Shown: piece after piece, positions 9,488 to 19,207 of the stretch
How the letters are laid out: the number at the start of each line of letters is the position of its first letter
Position numbering within the stretch: position 1 is the stretch's first letter
Source: Candidatus Latescibacterota bacterium
Lineage (GTDB): Bacteria; Latescibacterota; UBA2968; UBA8231
DNA: 64,000 bases
Direction: 5' to 3'
Assembly (NCBI GenBank): GCA_965242865.1
Contig: CBDETK010000013.1
Location: 512,001 to 576,000, forward strand
The notes under the pieces: model-generated
Databases searched by the model: none
Told to the model about the DNA's origin: nothing
The model's input: the letters and a program-made list of their open reading frames with translations, nothing else
Translations under genes and position numbers: made by a program

Positions 9488-10508
9488 AGGCAAATTGCGC
9501 GCGGCCGTTATTGGCGCGGGCGTGGGTGGGGGCCATGGATACGCTTATGCCCGCGCCCCAGCATACGAGCTCGTGGCGGTCTGCGACATAAACCCGGAGG
9601 TGTTCGGCCGCTTTTACGAGCGGGCTGAAATCGAGCCGGGGTCGATCGCCGAATACGCAGATTACCGCGCCATGTTGGAGCGGGAATCGCTCGACGTGGT
9701 GAGCGTGGCCACCCCGGACCACCTCCACGCCGACCCGGTGTGCCACGTGCTGGCCGCGGGGGTGCGCGGCATTTTCTGCGAGAAGCCGCTGGCGACCACG
9801 GTGGAGGACGCCGATCGCATCATCGACGCGCTCGGCCGCCAAAACGCGGTGTTGTCGGTTGATCACACGCGCAGTTGGCTGCCTTCCTATCAGGCCGTGC
9901 GCGCGGCCATCCGCAGCGGCGAGATCGGCCACCTGACGAGAATTGTGGCGCATCTGGGAGGCCGGCGCGCCATGCTCTTTCGCAATGGGACGCACTTGGT
10001 GGATGCGGTGTGCTTTTTTGCGGACGCCGAGCCGGTGTGGGTGATCGCCGCACACGAGCGCGGGTTTGAAAAGTATGGCCCGGTGTACGACGGGCGGGGC
10101 GGCAAGGACCCGCAATTCGATCCCGGCTCGACGATCATCGTGGAGTTTGCCAATGGGGTGCGCGGGCTGATCAATTGCGCCAAGCGGACGCCGCAGCTAT
10201 TCGAGCTGGACCTACAGGGCATGGCCGGCCGCTTCTGGGTGACCGATCGGCAATGCACGGCTTGGAAGACGGCTACGGCAGAGGGGACGCCCGAGCCGGT
10301 GGCACCGCCGGCGGGCCGCGGGTATGCCAGTCCGTTTGGCGCGAACTTGATTCCGGCCGTCCAGGAGCTCGCGCTGGCGATGCGGGGCGACGCCGTCAGC
10401 TCGTCGCCAGCGGTGCGCGGCCGGCACGTGCTGGAGATCATGGTCGCGGCGCTGCGGTCGCAGGCCGAGGGCAGTGCAAAGGTGGAACTGCCGCTGCCGA
10501 GGCGGTGA
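9480..10508 (+). CDS. Gfo/Idh/MocA family oxidoreductase
   Basis: AAVIGAG, LDVVSVATPDHLH, FCEKPLA. Confidence 0.92.
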   Translation: MSEGKLRAAVIGAGVGGGHGYAYARAPAYELVAVCDINPEVFGRFYERAEIEPGSIAEYADYRAMLERESLDVVSVATPDHLHADPVCHVLAAGVRGIFCEKPLATTVEDADRIIDALGRQNAVLSVDHTRSWLPSYQAVRAAIRSGEIGHLTRIVAHLGGRRAMLFRNGTHLVDAVCFFADAEPVWVIAAHERGFEKYGPVYDGRGGKDPQFDPGSTIIVEFANGVRGLINCAKRTPQLFELDLQGMAGRFWVTDRQCTAWKTATAEGTPEPVAPPAGRGYASPFGANLIPAVQELALAMRGDAVSSSPAVRGRHVLEIMVAALRSQAEGSAKVELPLPRR

Positions 10509-10521
10509 CTAGGGCTGCGCG

Positions 10522-11517
10522 TTACCCAGCCTGTCGGCGCATCAGCGCCAAAAACCGCTGGGCGTTCCCGGCAAAGTGGTCTTCAATCTCCGCGGGCGTT
10601 AGTTGGAGCATCTCGGCCACTTGGCGCTCTTGGCGCAGTTGTTCGTAGATGACGAGCGTGACCCGCGAATCGCAGTGCGGGGTGCCAGCCTCGTCGCCCG
10701 GATAGAACAGCCAAGCGCGGCCGTAGGTGATGTACTTGCCGCGCGCACAGCCAGCGACCACGTTGTCCGACCCGAACATTACCCGCTTGCGGTCTTCGTG
10801 TTTCATCAGCACATAGTGCGCGTACAGGTCGTTCACCGCCGAGGTGTCGTACCATATATTGGGCAGGTCGCACAGGAAGTGGATGGCCTCTTCCATCATA
10901 AAGGAATTGAATGAGCGGGCGCAGTGGGCCAAAATCCACTGCGCGTTGGGGTATGCGCGGGTGTAGTGGGCTAAGTCGCGCTGGTTGTCCGGGTCGGCGG
11001 GGCCCGTGGGTTTGGCGAGGTGCATGGTGATGGCCAGCCTCTTGTGGTGAGCGACTTCGATGAGGGATTCCGGGAGGAAATCGCAGATGCGGGCGTCGAC
11101 CGGGTCAGGGGCAAAGGTGCGGTAGGGTTTGAATCCTAAGAAGCCGTGCTCCTCGACTTGGGCCGCCACGTATTCGGGCGTCATGTCTGGAGTGACCATC
11201 ATGTTGACCGCGGATTCGGGGTCGGCCGCCAGTTGGGCGGCCAGCCAAGCGTTGTGCCCGGCCGCGTCCATGCCCGGCATGGGGGTGCCCAAGGCCAGCA
11301 GATGGAAGGCCCGGCCCGGGTAGAGTTGGGCCGCCCAGCTGAGGTGGGCGCGGTAGTCGATCTCCATGCGGAGGCCGGTCGGCTCGCCCGTCAAGGAGCC
11401 GCGGTGATCCTCAGACCACAGGTGCGTGTGCATGTCGTACACTGTGGCGGGGACGAAGTCTTCGAGTTCTTGCTCCCAAAGCTGGCGGTCGAAGTCTCGA
11501 TAGCTAAAAGCGATCAT
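10522..11517 (-). CDS. Amidohydrolase family (Amidohydro_2) protein
   Basis: Likely start MIAFSYRDFD at 11517; YDMHTH, GFKPY, ILAHCAR, WYDTS, MFGSD. Confidence 0.85.
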   Translation of the reverse strand: MIAFSYRDFDRQLWEQELEDFVPATVYDMHTHLWSEDHRGSLTGEPTGLRMEIDYRAHLSWAAQLYPGRAFHLLALGTPMPGMDAAGHNAWLAAQLAADPESAVNMMVTPDMTPEYVAAQVEEHGFLGFKPYRTFAPDPVDARICDFLPESLIEVAHHKRLAITMHLAKPTGPADPDNQRDLAHYTRAYPNAQWILAHCARSFNSFMMEEAIHFLCDLPNIWYDTSAVNDLYAHYVLMKHEDRKRVMFGSDNVVAGCARGKYITYGRAWLFYPGDEAGTPHCDSRVTLVIYEQLRQERQVAEMLQLTPAEIEDHFAGNAQRFLALMRRQAG

Positions 11518-11549
11518 GGCGTGGTGCTCCCAAGCGGTGCGTTTGCCGG

Positions 11550-12332
11550 CTAAAGGGCGATCATTTCGCCCGACCAGTCGCGCCACATATCCTTTTGCGG
11601 CGGCTCCTGTTGGGTTTGTTCGATATCCTGCTTGCGAAAATCGTAGAGCACGGCTTGGCGCAGTTGGCGCGATGTGTTGGGGCTCGCCATGTGGCCGAGG
11701 CGGTGGTGCCAGAAGACGATATCGCCAGCCCGGCCGTGGGTATCGACGGGAGTGCGCTGGTTGAACTCGGCGCGCACTTTTTCGTAGGCGGCTTCGTCTT
11801 GGTCGCGGAGGTATTGCGAGGTGAAGGTCGGGTAGAAGGCGCGGTGGCTTTCGGGCCAGACCATGAAGCTGCCGCCGTTGGGCGGCACGTCGTCGATGTA
11901 GCCGACCACGCCGAGGTGGAAGGGATGGCCGTCGGTGTGGCAGCCGAGGGCTTGGGGGGGATGATCGCCGTAGGGCAGCGTGCAGTAGATGCCGCGGATG
12001 CGCTCGGGCTGGACGAGCTGGCCCTTGCCGAGCATTTGCTCGGCCATGGCCCACACTTTGGGCTCGGTAGCCAACAGGCGCACCATCCACTCCTCGCCGC
12101 CCGGCTCGCGGAAGTTCCAGCGAAAGCCGCGGCGGTGGTTGGCGCTGTCGAGGTTTTCTTCGTCTTGACGGAACGGGCCGACCCAAGTGGCGGGATCGTC
12201 GCGGCGGCGGCCCGGGGGTGCGCCGTCCCACAGCCGAGCGCGGGCGCGTTCCATGAGCGCAGGGTCGAGCACCCCTCGCTTGATGAGGTAGCCGTCGCGC
12301 TTGAAGAAGCGCATTTCGTCGGTCGTCAGCAT
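11550..12332 (-). CDS. PhyH family Fe(II)/2OG oxygenase
   Basis: MLTTDEMRFFKRDGYL, CHTDG (HxD), GGSFMVWPESH, AGDIVFWH..LGH. Confidence 0.88.
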   Translation of the reverse strand: MLTTDEMRFFKRDGYLIKRGVLDPALMERARARLWDGAPPGRRRDDPATWVGPFRQDEENLDSANHRRGFRWNFREPGGEEWMVRLLATEPKVWAMAEQMLGKGQLVQPERIRGIYCTLPYGDHPPQALGCHTDGHPFHLGVVGYIDDVPPNGGSFMVWPESHRAFYPTFTSQYLRDQDEAAYEKVRAEFNQRTPVDTHGRAGDIVFWHHRLGHMASPNTSRQLRQAVLYDFRKQDIEQTQQEPPQKDMWRDWSGEMIAL

Positions 12333-12465
12333 GTTTTTATCCGTTAGAATGGACTGAGAAGGATAGGCAAAGAGCGTGCGCTTGGAAAGAGCAAAGCCGC
12401 GATGTGGCTGTAATGTACTGTTTATTTGGCGTCGGGGCAGCGGCAATCAGGCCGGGCGCGACCGC

Positions 12466-12494
12466 TTGACAGGTATCAGGTGAAAAAGTAGTAT
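12466..12494 (+). promoter_or_regulatory. Sigma70-type promoter for the ATPase/DUF3226 pair
   Basis: TTGACA (12466-12471), 17-bp spacer, TAGTAT (12489-12494). Confidence 0.65.
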
Positions 12495-12582
12495 AGCGGG
12501 TGCTTGTTTAACAAGCCGATAGCTAACGCGTAACCACTGTAAAAATAGGAAATTAGGAAATCATTCGCCTAGAGGGCAGAAC

Positions 12583-13695
12583 ATGGACAAGCATTTTTAC
12601 GAGCGGCTAAAAATTGAAAATTTCCGCGGCATCAAGTCGCTGGAAATCGACGACCTCGCACGGGTCAATCTGTTTGTCGGCAGGAATAATTGCGGCAAGA
12701 CCTCGGTGCTGGAAGCGGCATTTTTGCTGACTGGAATGTCAAATCCTACCTTGATTCTTAGGATAGAAAATTGGAGAGGACTGGCCCTCAACGAGAGTTC
12801 CGATCTGAAGAATTTCTTTTACGATCAAAAACACAATGAAGGGTTTATATTATCTGGGAGACAAAGAACAGAAGGCAGAGAACTCAATGTTCGCCCAGTA
12901 TATGGAGATTTTGATATTGAACAGGTAGCTTCTGCTCCGTCTAATGGTGGGGACATCATTAGAGAGGAAAACCCTACAAAATTCGCTGTTTTTAGCACTG
13001 CAATTGAGCAATCATTGACTGGGTTAAAGTCTAAGTTCGTTCTTTGGAGTCATGTCGATAAAAAAAACCGAAAAGGCCGTCAATATGAAGCTACAATACG
13101 CTTGGTAAAATCAGAGAATGCACAGTTTCAGATCGAAGTAGACAAAAAGTATGAAGAGCCTACATTAGCTCTATTTTTGCATGGTTTATACGATCCAAAT
13201 TCGGTTGACAGAATGCTTAATGAAAAGCGCAGGGACGACATCTTGAAATGGCTTCAATCCATAGAGCCGAAGGTGCAGGATATAAGGACCAGTACGAACG
13301 GTGTTGTGATGGTCGATATTGGAATGGACAACTTCCTGCCGATCAATCACCTTGGCGACGGAATAGTGCGTATTCTGAATATACTATCCTATATATATAG
13401 CGCCAGGAACGGGATTTTGATGATCGACGAAATTGAAAACGGCCTTCATGTTTCGTCGATAAAATATATGTGGGAGATGGTGCTGGAGTCTTCCAAGCAA
13501 AATAATACACAGATTTTCATGACAACCCACAGCAGCGACGTCATAAAGGGCTTGAGTCTGGCACTGAAGGACAAATCGGATTCCGTCGCCTGCTTCTGGC
13601 TGAGTAAGTTCGACGACGACCGAATCAAAGCCTACAGATATTCGCCGGATCGGCTGGAGAAAGCCTTAGATGCAGACATCGATATCCGCCAGTAA
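12583..13695 (+). CDS. ABC/AAA-family ATPase (AAA_15/AAA_21), probable defence or TA component
   Basis: IENFRGI, GRNNCGKT (Walker A), LGDG signature, MIDEIENGLH (Walker B), MTTHS; AT-rich. Confidence 0.9.
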   Translation: MDKHFYERLKIENFRGIKSLEIDDLARVNLFVGRNNCGKTSVLEAAFLLTGMSNPTLILRIENWRGLALNESSDLKNFFYDQKHNEGFILSGRQRTEGRELNVRPVYGDFDIEQVASAPSNGGDIIREENPTKFAVFSTAIEQSLTGLKSKFVLWSHVDKKNRKGRQYEATIRLVKSENAQFQIEVDKKYEEPTLALFLHGLYDPNSVDRMLNEKRRDDILKWLQSIEPKVQDIRTSTNGVVMVDIGMDNFLPINHLGDGIVRILNILSYIYSARNGILMIDEIENGLHVSSIKYMWEMVLESSKQNNTQIFMTTHSSDVIKGLSLALKDKSDSVACFWLSKFDDDRIKAYRYSPDRLEKALDADIDIRQ

Positions 13696-13696
13696 G

Positions 13697-14236
13697 ATGA
13701 CTGACAAAACCTTGATCGTTGTCGAGGGAAATGAAGATGAGAACTTTCTGAAGTCCTACATTAAGACTTTGGGCTATCCCGATGAAAGTTTTAGATTCTT
13801 GTCGATAAAAGGAAAGGATAAGCTCGAGGCCAGCGAATCCATAATTGAAGATGCCTTGAACAGAGGATCGAAAGTTTTAATTATCTTTGACGCGGACTTG
13901 GATTATCAAAAGAGCAGATCCAATATCGAGAATACTCTCAAAGGATTGGGCGTTAGTATCTTTCTTTTTCCCGACGACAATAGCAGTGGAACCCTCGAAA
14001 ATTTGCTAGAAAAAATAATAAACTCAGAACACGAAAGAATTTTTGCGTGTTTTGAGGAGTACAAGCAGTGCATAAGCAAGTGCCTGAGCGAATATGAGCT
14101 TCCCGGCATGAAAGCAAAGATATACGCGTACAAGCAAGCACTTGGCATTCTCAAAGACCCTTTCGACCCTCGTTACTGGGACTTTGAAAATACCGCACTG
14201 GCGCCGCTGAAGAGTTTTCTGGAGCGGAACTTGTAG
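13697..14236 (+). CDS. DUF3226-like TOPRIM-fold partner of the ATPase
   Basis: IVVEGNED, IIFDAD, FLFPD...GTLENLL, KAKIYAY, WDF; 1 nt after the ATPase stop. Confidence 0.8.
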   Translation: MTDKTLIVVEGNEDENFLKSYIKTLGYPDESFRFLSIKGKDKLEASESIIEDALNRGSKVLIIFDADLDYQKSRSNIENTLKGLGVSIFLFPDDNSSGTLENLLEKIINSEHERIFACFEEYKQCISKCLSEYELPGMKAKIYAYKQALGILKDPFDPRYWDFENTALAPLKSFLERNL

Positions 14237-14345
14237 AACGAGTTCGTCGCGTCTGGAGCACACCAACTTCCATACAGCCGGCGGCGGCTCGCACCCTATC
14301 GCTCAAAGCACTCGATCTTCTCCACCCCAATAGGAGCCATTAAAC

Positions 14346-15101
14346 ATGACTGAAGTAGAGCAATATCTGTTTGACCTCCAAGGCTATCTGATCGTCGAGG
14401 ACGTGTTGAAGGCGGAAGCGGTCGCCGAGTTGAACCGGCTGATTGACGCCCAAGCACTGGACGCGGATGTCGAGCAGGCGCGAGGGCGGCTGCACAGCGG
14501 TGGGTTTTTGACATGGGGGCAACCCTTTGTCGATTTGTTGGACCACGAGCGCGTTATGCCGCTGCTCAAAGTGATGCTCGGCGATGGCTTCCGCCTCGAC
14601 CACTACTATGCGATTTATCTGGAGGCCGGGGCCGAGCGGCTCGGGCTACACGGCGGCAACACCCCCTACGATCCGCCGGAATACTACCACTTCCGCAATG
14701 GACAGATGTACAATGGGCTGACGGTCATCGCTTGGAACTTGGCCGACACCGGGCCGACGCAGGGCGGCTTTTGCTGCATTCCGGGCAGCCACAAGGTCAA
14801 TTATCCCTGTCCGCAGGAAATCCGTGAGGCCCATGTTGAAGCTGGGTGCGTAGTGGTGCCGGAAGCCAAGGCTGGGTCGGTGGTGATTTTTACCGAGGCA
14901 CTCACGCACGGCACCGCGCCGTGGCGAGCTGCACACCAACGGCGCTCGCTGCTGTTCAAATACAGCCCCGGGCAGCAGTCGTGGTCCAAAAACCACATTG
15001 AGCCGCCCGACGGCGTCGCCTTGACCGAGCGGCAGGCCCTGCTTTTTGAGCCGCCGTATTTCCACGCCCGGGCCTCGCTTTTTGCCGAGGAGCAAGCCTA
15101 G
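14346..15101 (+). CDS. PhyH family Fe(II)/2OG enzyme with HxG iron motif
   Basis: YLFDLQGYL, LHGG, GGFCCIPGSHK, AGSVVIFTEALTHG, RRSLL. Confidence 0.88.
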   Translation: MTEVEQYLFDLQGYLIVEDVLKAEAVAELNRLIDAQALDADVEQARGRLHSGGFLTWGQPFVDLLDHERVMPLLKVMLGDGFRLDHYYAIYLEAGAERLGLHGGNTPYDPPEYYHFRNGQMYNGLTVIAWNLADTGPTQGGFCCIPGSHKVNYPCPQEIREAHVEAGCVVVPEAKAGSVVIFTEALTHGTAPWRAAHQRRSLLFKYSPGQQSWSKNHIEPPDGVALTERQALLFEPPYFHARASLFAEEQA

Positions 15102-15144
15102 ATATGGAAGCGCTGTTTCGAGCTTTTATCCAAGGGAAGTCGCT

Positions 15145-16260
15145 ATGAAAATCGCAGAGATTCGGACGTTTTTGGTGGGCAGGTTTTTGTTGGTGCGGGT
15201 CTATACCGATGAAGGGATCGTCGGCAATGGGGAGGCCGGGTTGTGGGCGCATCACGGGGTAGTAAAAGAGGCACTAAGGGAACTGACCGAGTACTACGTG
15301 GGCAAGGACCCGCTCCACATTGAGCACCACTACCAGGTGGTGTCGAGGTCGGCGCACTTCATGGGCGCGGCGATGAGCGCGGCGATGAGCGCCATAGACA
15401 TCGCGCTGTGGGATATATTCGGCAAGGCGGTGGGCCTGCCCGTGCATCAGTTGTTGGGCGGCAAGTGCCGCGACAAGGTAAAGGTGTACGAAAACGTCGG
15501 CGGACAGACGCCCGCCGAAGTGCGGGAGAGCGCGCAGGCGCGGGTGGAGCAGGGCTTTACGTCGCTGCGGATGGGGCCGTTTGTCAGCGGGTTTGAGCAG
15601 CGCACCAGCACGGCCAATATCTCGACGGCCGTGGAATTGGTGGCCGCGGCGCGGGAGGCGATTGGGGACGGGGTGGATTTGGGGTTGGAAATCCATCGGA
15701 ACTTGCGGCCGGAGGAGGCGATCGCACTGGCCACGGAGTTGACGCCCTTTAAGATCCTGTACTACGAAGACCCGCTGCCGCCGCAGAGCTTGGAGGCCCT
15801 CGAATACGTCGCTCGGCACATCCACATTCCAATCGCCACGGGCGAGCGCTTTTACAATCCCTTCCAGTTTAAGGATTTGATCGATCGCCAGATCGTCAGC
15901 CTGATTCGGCCGGATGTGTCGTTGGCCGGCGGCTTTACGCAAGTGAAGAAAATTGCCGCGCTGGCGGAGCTGGCTTTCGTCGGGGTCTTTCCCCATCTGA
16001 TGGGCAGCCCGGTCAACAACGCGGCGTTCGCCCAGCTCGCCGCGGCCATTCCCAACTACACGCACACCGAGCACAATGCCCTCAACGGGCCGCTAGCCGA
16101 AATCGTCGATGAGCCGCTGCGGGTCGAAGGCGGCTATCGGCTGCTGCCCGACCGGCCGGGGATCGGGGTTGAAATCGTCGAGGACGCGCTGGCGAAATAC
16201 CCGTACGAACGCTGGGCGATCAAGGGCCATTTTCACGCCGACGGCTCGGTGGCGCACTAG
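15145..16260 (+). CDS. Mandelate racemase/enolase superfamily acid-sugar dehydratase (DgoD-like)
   Basis: TDEGIVGNGE, SAIDIALWDI.GK, LEIH, YEDP, ATGER, PH. Confidence 0.9.
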   Translation: MKIAEIRTFLVGRFLLVRVYTDEGIVGNGEAGLWAHHGVVKEALRELTEYYVGKDPLHIEHHYQVVSRSAHFMGAAMSAAMSAIDIALWDIFGKAVGLPVHQLLGGKCRDKVKVYENVGGQTPAEVRESAQARVEQGFTSLRMGPFVSGFEQRTSTANISTAVELVAAAREAIGDGVDLGLEIHRNLRPEEAIALATELTPFKILYYEDPLPPQSLEALEYVARHIHIPIATGERFYNPFQFKDLIDRQIVSLIRPDVSLAGGFTQVKKIAALAELAFVGVFPHLMGSPVNNAAFAQLAAAIPNYTHTEHNALNGPLAEIVDEPLRVEGGYRLLPDRPGIGVEIVEDALAKYPYERWAIKGHFHADGSVAH

Positions 16261-16275
16261 CACCGGGAGGCTCTC

Positions 16276-17970
16276 GTGTTTGAGAAAATCTATCTCGATC
16301 CACAAAACAGGTGTTTTGCCGAGCTCATGTCCAATAACAGGAGGTACATTGTACCGCTGTTTCAGCGAGACTATTCTTGGGAAGAGGAACAATGGGACGA
16401 GCTGTGGGAGGATATTGAGCAAATGCAGCAAAGCCAGACTCAGCACTTTATGGGCTATCTGGTCTTGCAGACCGAGGATGGCAAGAGCTTTCAAATCATC
16501 GACGGCCAGCAACGCATAACGACTATTTCTATTGTTATACTAGCAGTATTGAAAACATTGCAAGCATTAGTCGATGACCGGATCGACGAAGAGGCCAATC
16601 GGCAAAGGATAGAGGAATACAAAAGGACCTATATTGGGGTTTTTGACTCCATTACGTTGACGACAGCACCTAAGCTGGTGCTCAATCGACACAACAATCA
16701 GCACTTTCGGGCCATGGTGGAACGGTTGGAGGTCCCCACTAGGCGCAGGCTTACAAAGACCAATCGGGTATTAAACAGGGCGTTTGAGTTCTTCGTAAAT
16801 AAACTTTCTCCGCAGAGAAGAGATGGGAGAAAGCTGGCGACCTTAGTGGGGGATATAGCAGATGGCCTGCTCTTTACGGCGATTACCGTTAAAGACGATT
16901 TGAATGCCTATACTGTTTTTGAGACCCTCAACGCACGTGGCGTACATTTGGCAACTCCAGATTTGTTGAAAAACTACCTCCTCTCAACGTTTGCGAGTCA
17001 CCCGGCCTTTTTCACGGATGAAAACGTCGAAGACTTTGCCGGACGCTGGCAGATTATCATTGAGCAACTAGGCGAGACCGAGTTCACCAATTTTCTCCGC
17101 AGTCACAGGGGAATGACCGCTCCTCTTCCGCACAAGAGAGAACTTTACAAGTTGCTCCGGCGAGAGATCGATGCCGCCAAAAAAGTCTTTCCCTATCTTG
17201 AAAAACTCGAAAATCGGGCTCCAGTCTATGCCGCCCTGCAGGAACCCCACGACGATTTTTGGAAAGAACGACAAGGTCGATACACACAAGCACAGCCCCA
17301 TTTAGAAGCCCTTAAGCTGTTTGGCATTAAAACACCGCTCAGTCTGCTCATGGCAGGATACGAGAGGTTTTCGCCGCCAGAATTCATCAAGCTGCTACAC
17401 TGCATTGCCGTGTTGACGCTGCGCTACAATGTTATTTGCAATCTAGCAACCAATGACCAAGAGCGGATGTACAACCGTACCGCCAACCAGTTGATGAAGG
17501 AAGACTTATCGTTGCAAGGGGTAATGGATAGGCTAAGGCCGATCTATCCGCCCGATGCAGAGGTGCGCCAGCGGTTTAGTGCCAAGAGTATGCCCAGTCG
17601 CCGCAGCAGCAAAAAGGTTCTGTTTCTGTTGCGGGGAATTGAAGTGCATTTAAGCGGCCAAGCTCCCCAAAATCTGACGCTCGAACACGTGTTGCCGTAC
17701 AATCCCGGCGACGATTGGCAGGCTTATTTTGGCCGTGAGACATACGAAAATGCGATTGACCGCTTGGGTAACATGGCCTTGCTGCCTGCGTCGCAAAACA
17801 TGGGGCAGGAAGTTTTTGCACAAAAAAGAGAGCGGCTACAGGCTAGCGACTACTGCATCAATCAACACATCGCTGAGTACCCGGAATGGAACATGAACTG
17901 CTTAGAGGATCATCAAAGATGGTTGGCGAAGCAGGCAACCGCGGTGTGGAAAATATCGGAATACGCTTAG
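16276..17970 (+). CDS. DUF262 + DUF1524 protein (GmrSD-like modification-dependent restriction endonuclease)
   Basis: VPLFQRDYSW, IIDGQQRITT, FETLNARG; C-terminal LEHVLP...RLGNMALL HNH-like motif; GTG start after gggagg. Confidence 0.9.
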   Translation: MFEKIYLDPQNRCFAELMSNNRRYIVPLFQRDYSWEEEQWDELWEDIEQMQQSQTQHFMGYLVLQTEDGKSFQIIDGQQRITTISIVILAVLKTLQALVDDRIDEEANRQRIEEYKRTYIGVFDSITLTTAPKLVLNRHNNQHFRAMVERLEVPTRRRLTKTNRVLNRAFEFFVNKLSPQRRDGRKLATLVGDIADGLLFTAITVKDDLNAYTVFETLNARGVHLATPDLLKNYLLSTFASHPAFFTDENVEDFAGRWQIIIEQLGETEFTNFLRSHRGMTAPLPHKRELYKLLRREIDAAKKVFPYLEKLENRAPVYAALQEPHDDFWKERQGRYTQAQPHLEALKLFGIKTPLSLLMAGYERFSPPEFIKLLHCIAVLTLRYNVICNLATNDQERMYNRTANQLMKEDLSLQGVMDRLRPIYPPDAEVRQRFSAKSMPSRRSSKKVLFLLRGIEVHLSGQAPQNLTLEHVLPYNPGDDWQAYFGRETYENAIDRLGNMALLPASQNMGQEVFAQKRERLQASDYCINQHIAEYPEWNMNCLEDHQRWLAKQATAVWKISEYA

Positions 17971-19112
17971 ATAGGAGAACGCCACGGAACGACGCGGATT
18001 CCTTGGTGGATCGCCTCATCAGTGCCTCCATACACTAAGACGGGATCCACGGCGGCAGGCCCAGCAAGCCCTAGCCAGCGGTGCAGCCCCTTAAAAAAGT
18101 CGCGATTCAGGGTTTGCCCCGACTTGATCTCCATCGGCTGCAAACCGTCGCCGCGCTGGACTACGAGATCGATTTCATGGCCGCTGCGGTCGCGCCAGAA
18201 ATAGAGGTCGGCCGGCCAGCCCTGATTGTAGTGGGCTTTCAACAGCTCGCCGACGATGAGGGTTTCAAATAAAGCCCCCCGCTGGGCATGGGCATTGAGT
18301 TGGGCGGCATCGCGGATCGCGAGTAAATAGACGGCCAGCCCGGGGTCGCAGAAGTACAATTTGGGCGTCTTGATCAGCCGCTTGTTGAAGTTTTGGTGGT
18401 GCGGTTGGAGCAGATAGACGATATAGCTGGCTTCCAAAATGGAAATCCAAGCCCGGGCCGTGTTGGCGTTGATGCCGGCGTCCACGGCCAAGTTGGACAG
18501 GTTGAGCAATTGGCCAATGCGGCCAGCGCACAGGCGCACAAAGCGCTGAAAGACGCTCAGGTCGCGCACATGGACCAGTTGGCGCACATCCCGTTCAACA
18601 TAGGTCTGCAAATAGTTGGCGTACCAGATGCTCGGATTGAGTGCGCGGTCGTGGATAGGAGGATAGAGCCCGGTGAAGAGCACGTCGTCCAGCAAAGGGG
18701 CGGACCGGGCGTAGCACTCGCGCAAGCTAAAGGGCAGCAACTGCACCAGCGCAATGCGGCCGGCCAAGGATTGGGTAACGCCGGCCAGCAGCCCGAACTG
18801 CTGCGAGCCGGTCAGCACGAAGCGACCCGGGCGCGGGTCGGAGTCCACCAAGCCCTGCAAATAAGAAAAGAGGGCGGGACACCGCTGCGCTTCATCAAAG
18901 ACAGCCCCGTCGGGATAAGCCGCTAAAAAGCCTCTTGGGTCGTCTTGGGCCCGTTCGCGGTCGTCGGGGTCTTCTAGCGAGATGTAGGGTTTGTCGGCAA
19001 AGACGTGGCGGACGAGGGTTGACTTGCCGGATTGACGCGGGCCGGTGACGCCGATAACCGGATAGCCCCGGGCCAATTCCCGCAAAGTCTTTTCGGCGTG
19101 GCGCGGAATCAT
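17967..19112 (-). CDS. AAA_14 ATPase + DUF4143 domain protein
   Basis: GPRQSGKST, DEAQR, LTGSQQF, RLIKTPKLYFCDPGL, EIDLV..EIKSG. Confidence 0.92.
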   Translation of the reverse strand: MIPRHAEKTLRELARGYPVIGVTGPRQSGKSTLVRHVFADKPYISLEDPDDRERAQDDPRGFLAAYPDGAVFDEAQRCPALFSYLQGLVDSDPRPGRFVLTGSQQFGLLAGVTQSLAGRIALVQLLPFSLRECYARSAPLLDDVLFTGLYPPIHDRALNPSIWYANYLQTYVERDVRQLVHVRDLSVFQRFVRLCAGRIGQLLNLSNLAVDAGINANTARAWISILEASYIVYLLQPHHQNFNKRLIKTPKLYFCDPGLAVYLLAIRDAAQLNAHAQRGALFETLIVGELLKAHYNQGWPADLYFWRDRSGHEIDLVVQRGDGLQPMEIKSGQTLNRDFFKGLHRWLGLAGPAAVDPVLVYGGTDEAIHQGIRVVPWRSPI

Positions 19113-19207
19113 GGGATGGCTGGTTTTTGGGCTAATTGTGAATTGAATTCTTGATTAGCAAAGTAGAAAGCATACATTCGGAAGTCAATTTGACGCGGGA
19201 GAACGCG

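Noticed and set aside
10522-12231. 569-aa ORF as a fusion protein
   Set aside because: The upstream part overlaps the PhyH gene in another frame and is low-complexity Arg/Pro; the amidohydrolase starts at 11517
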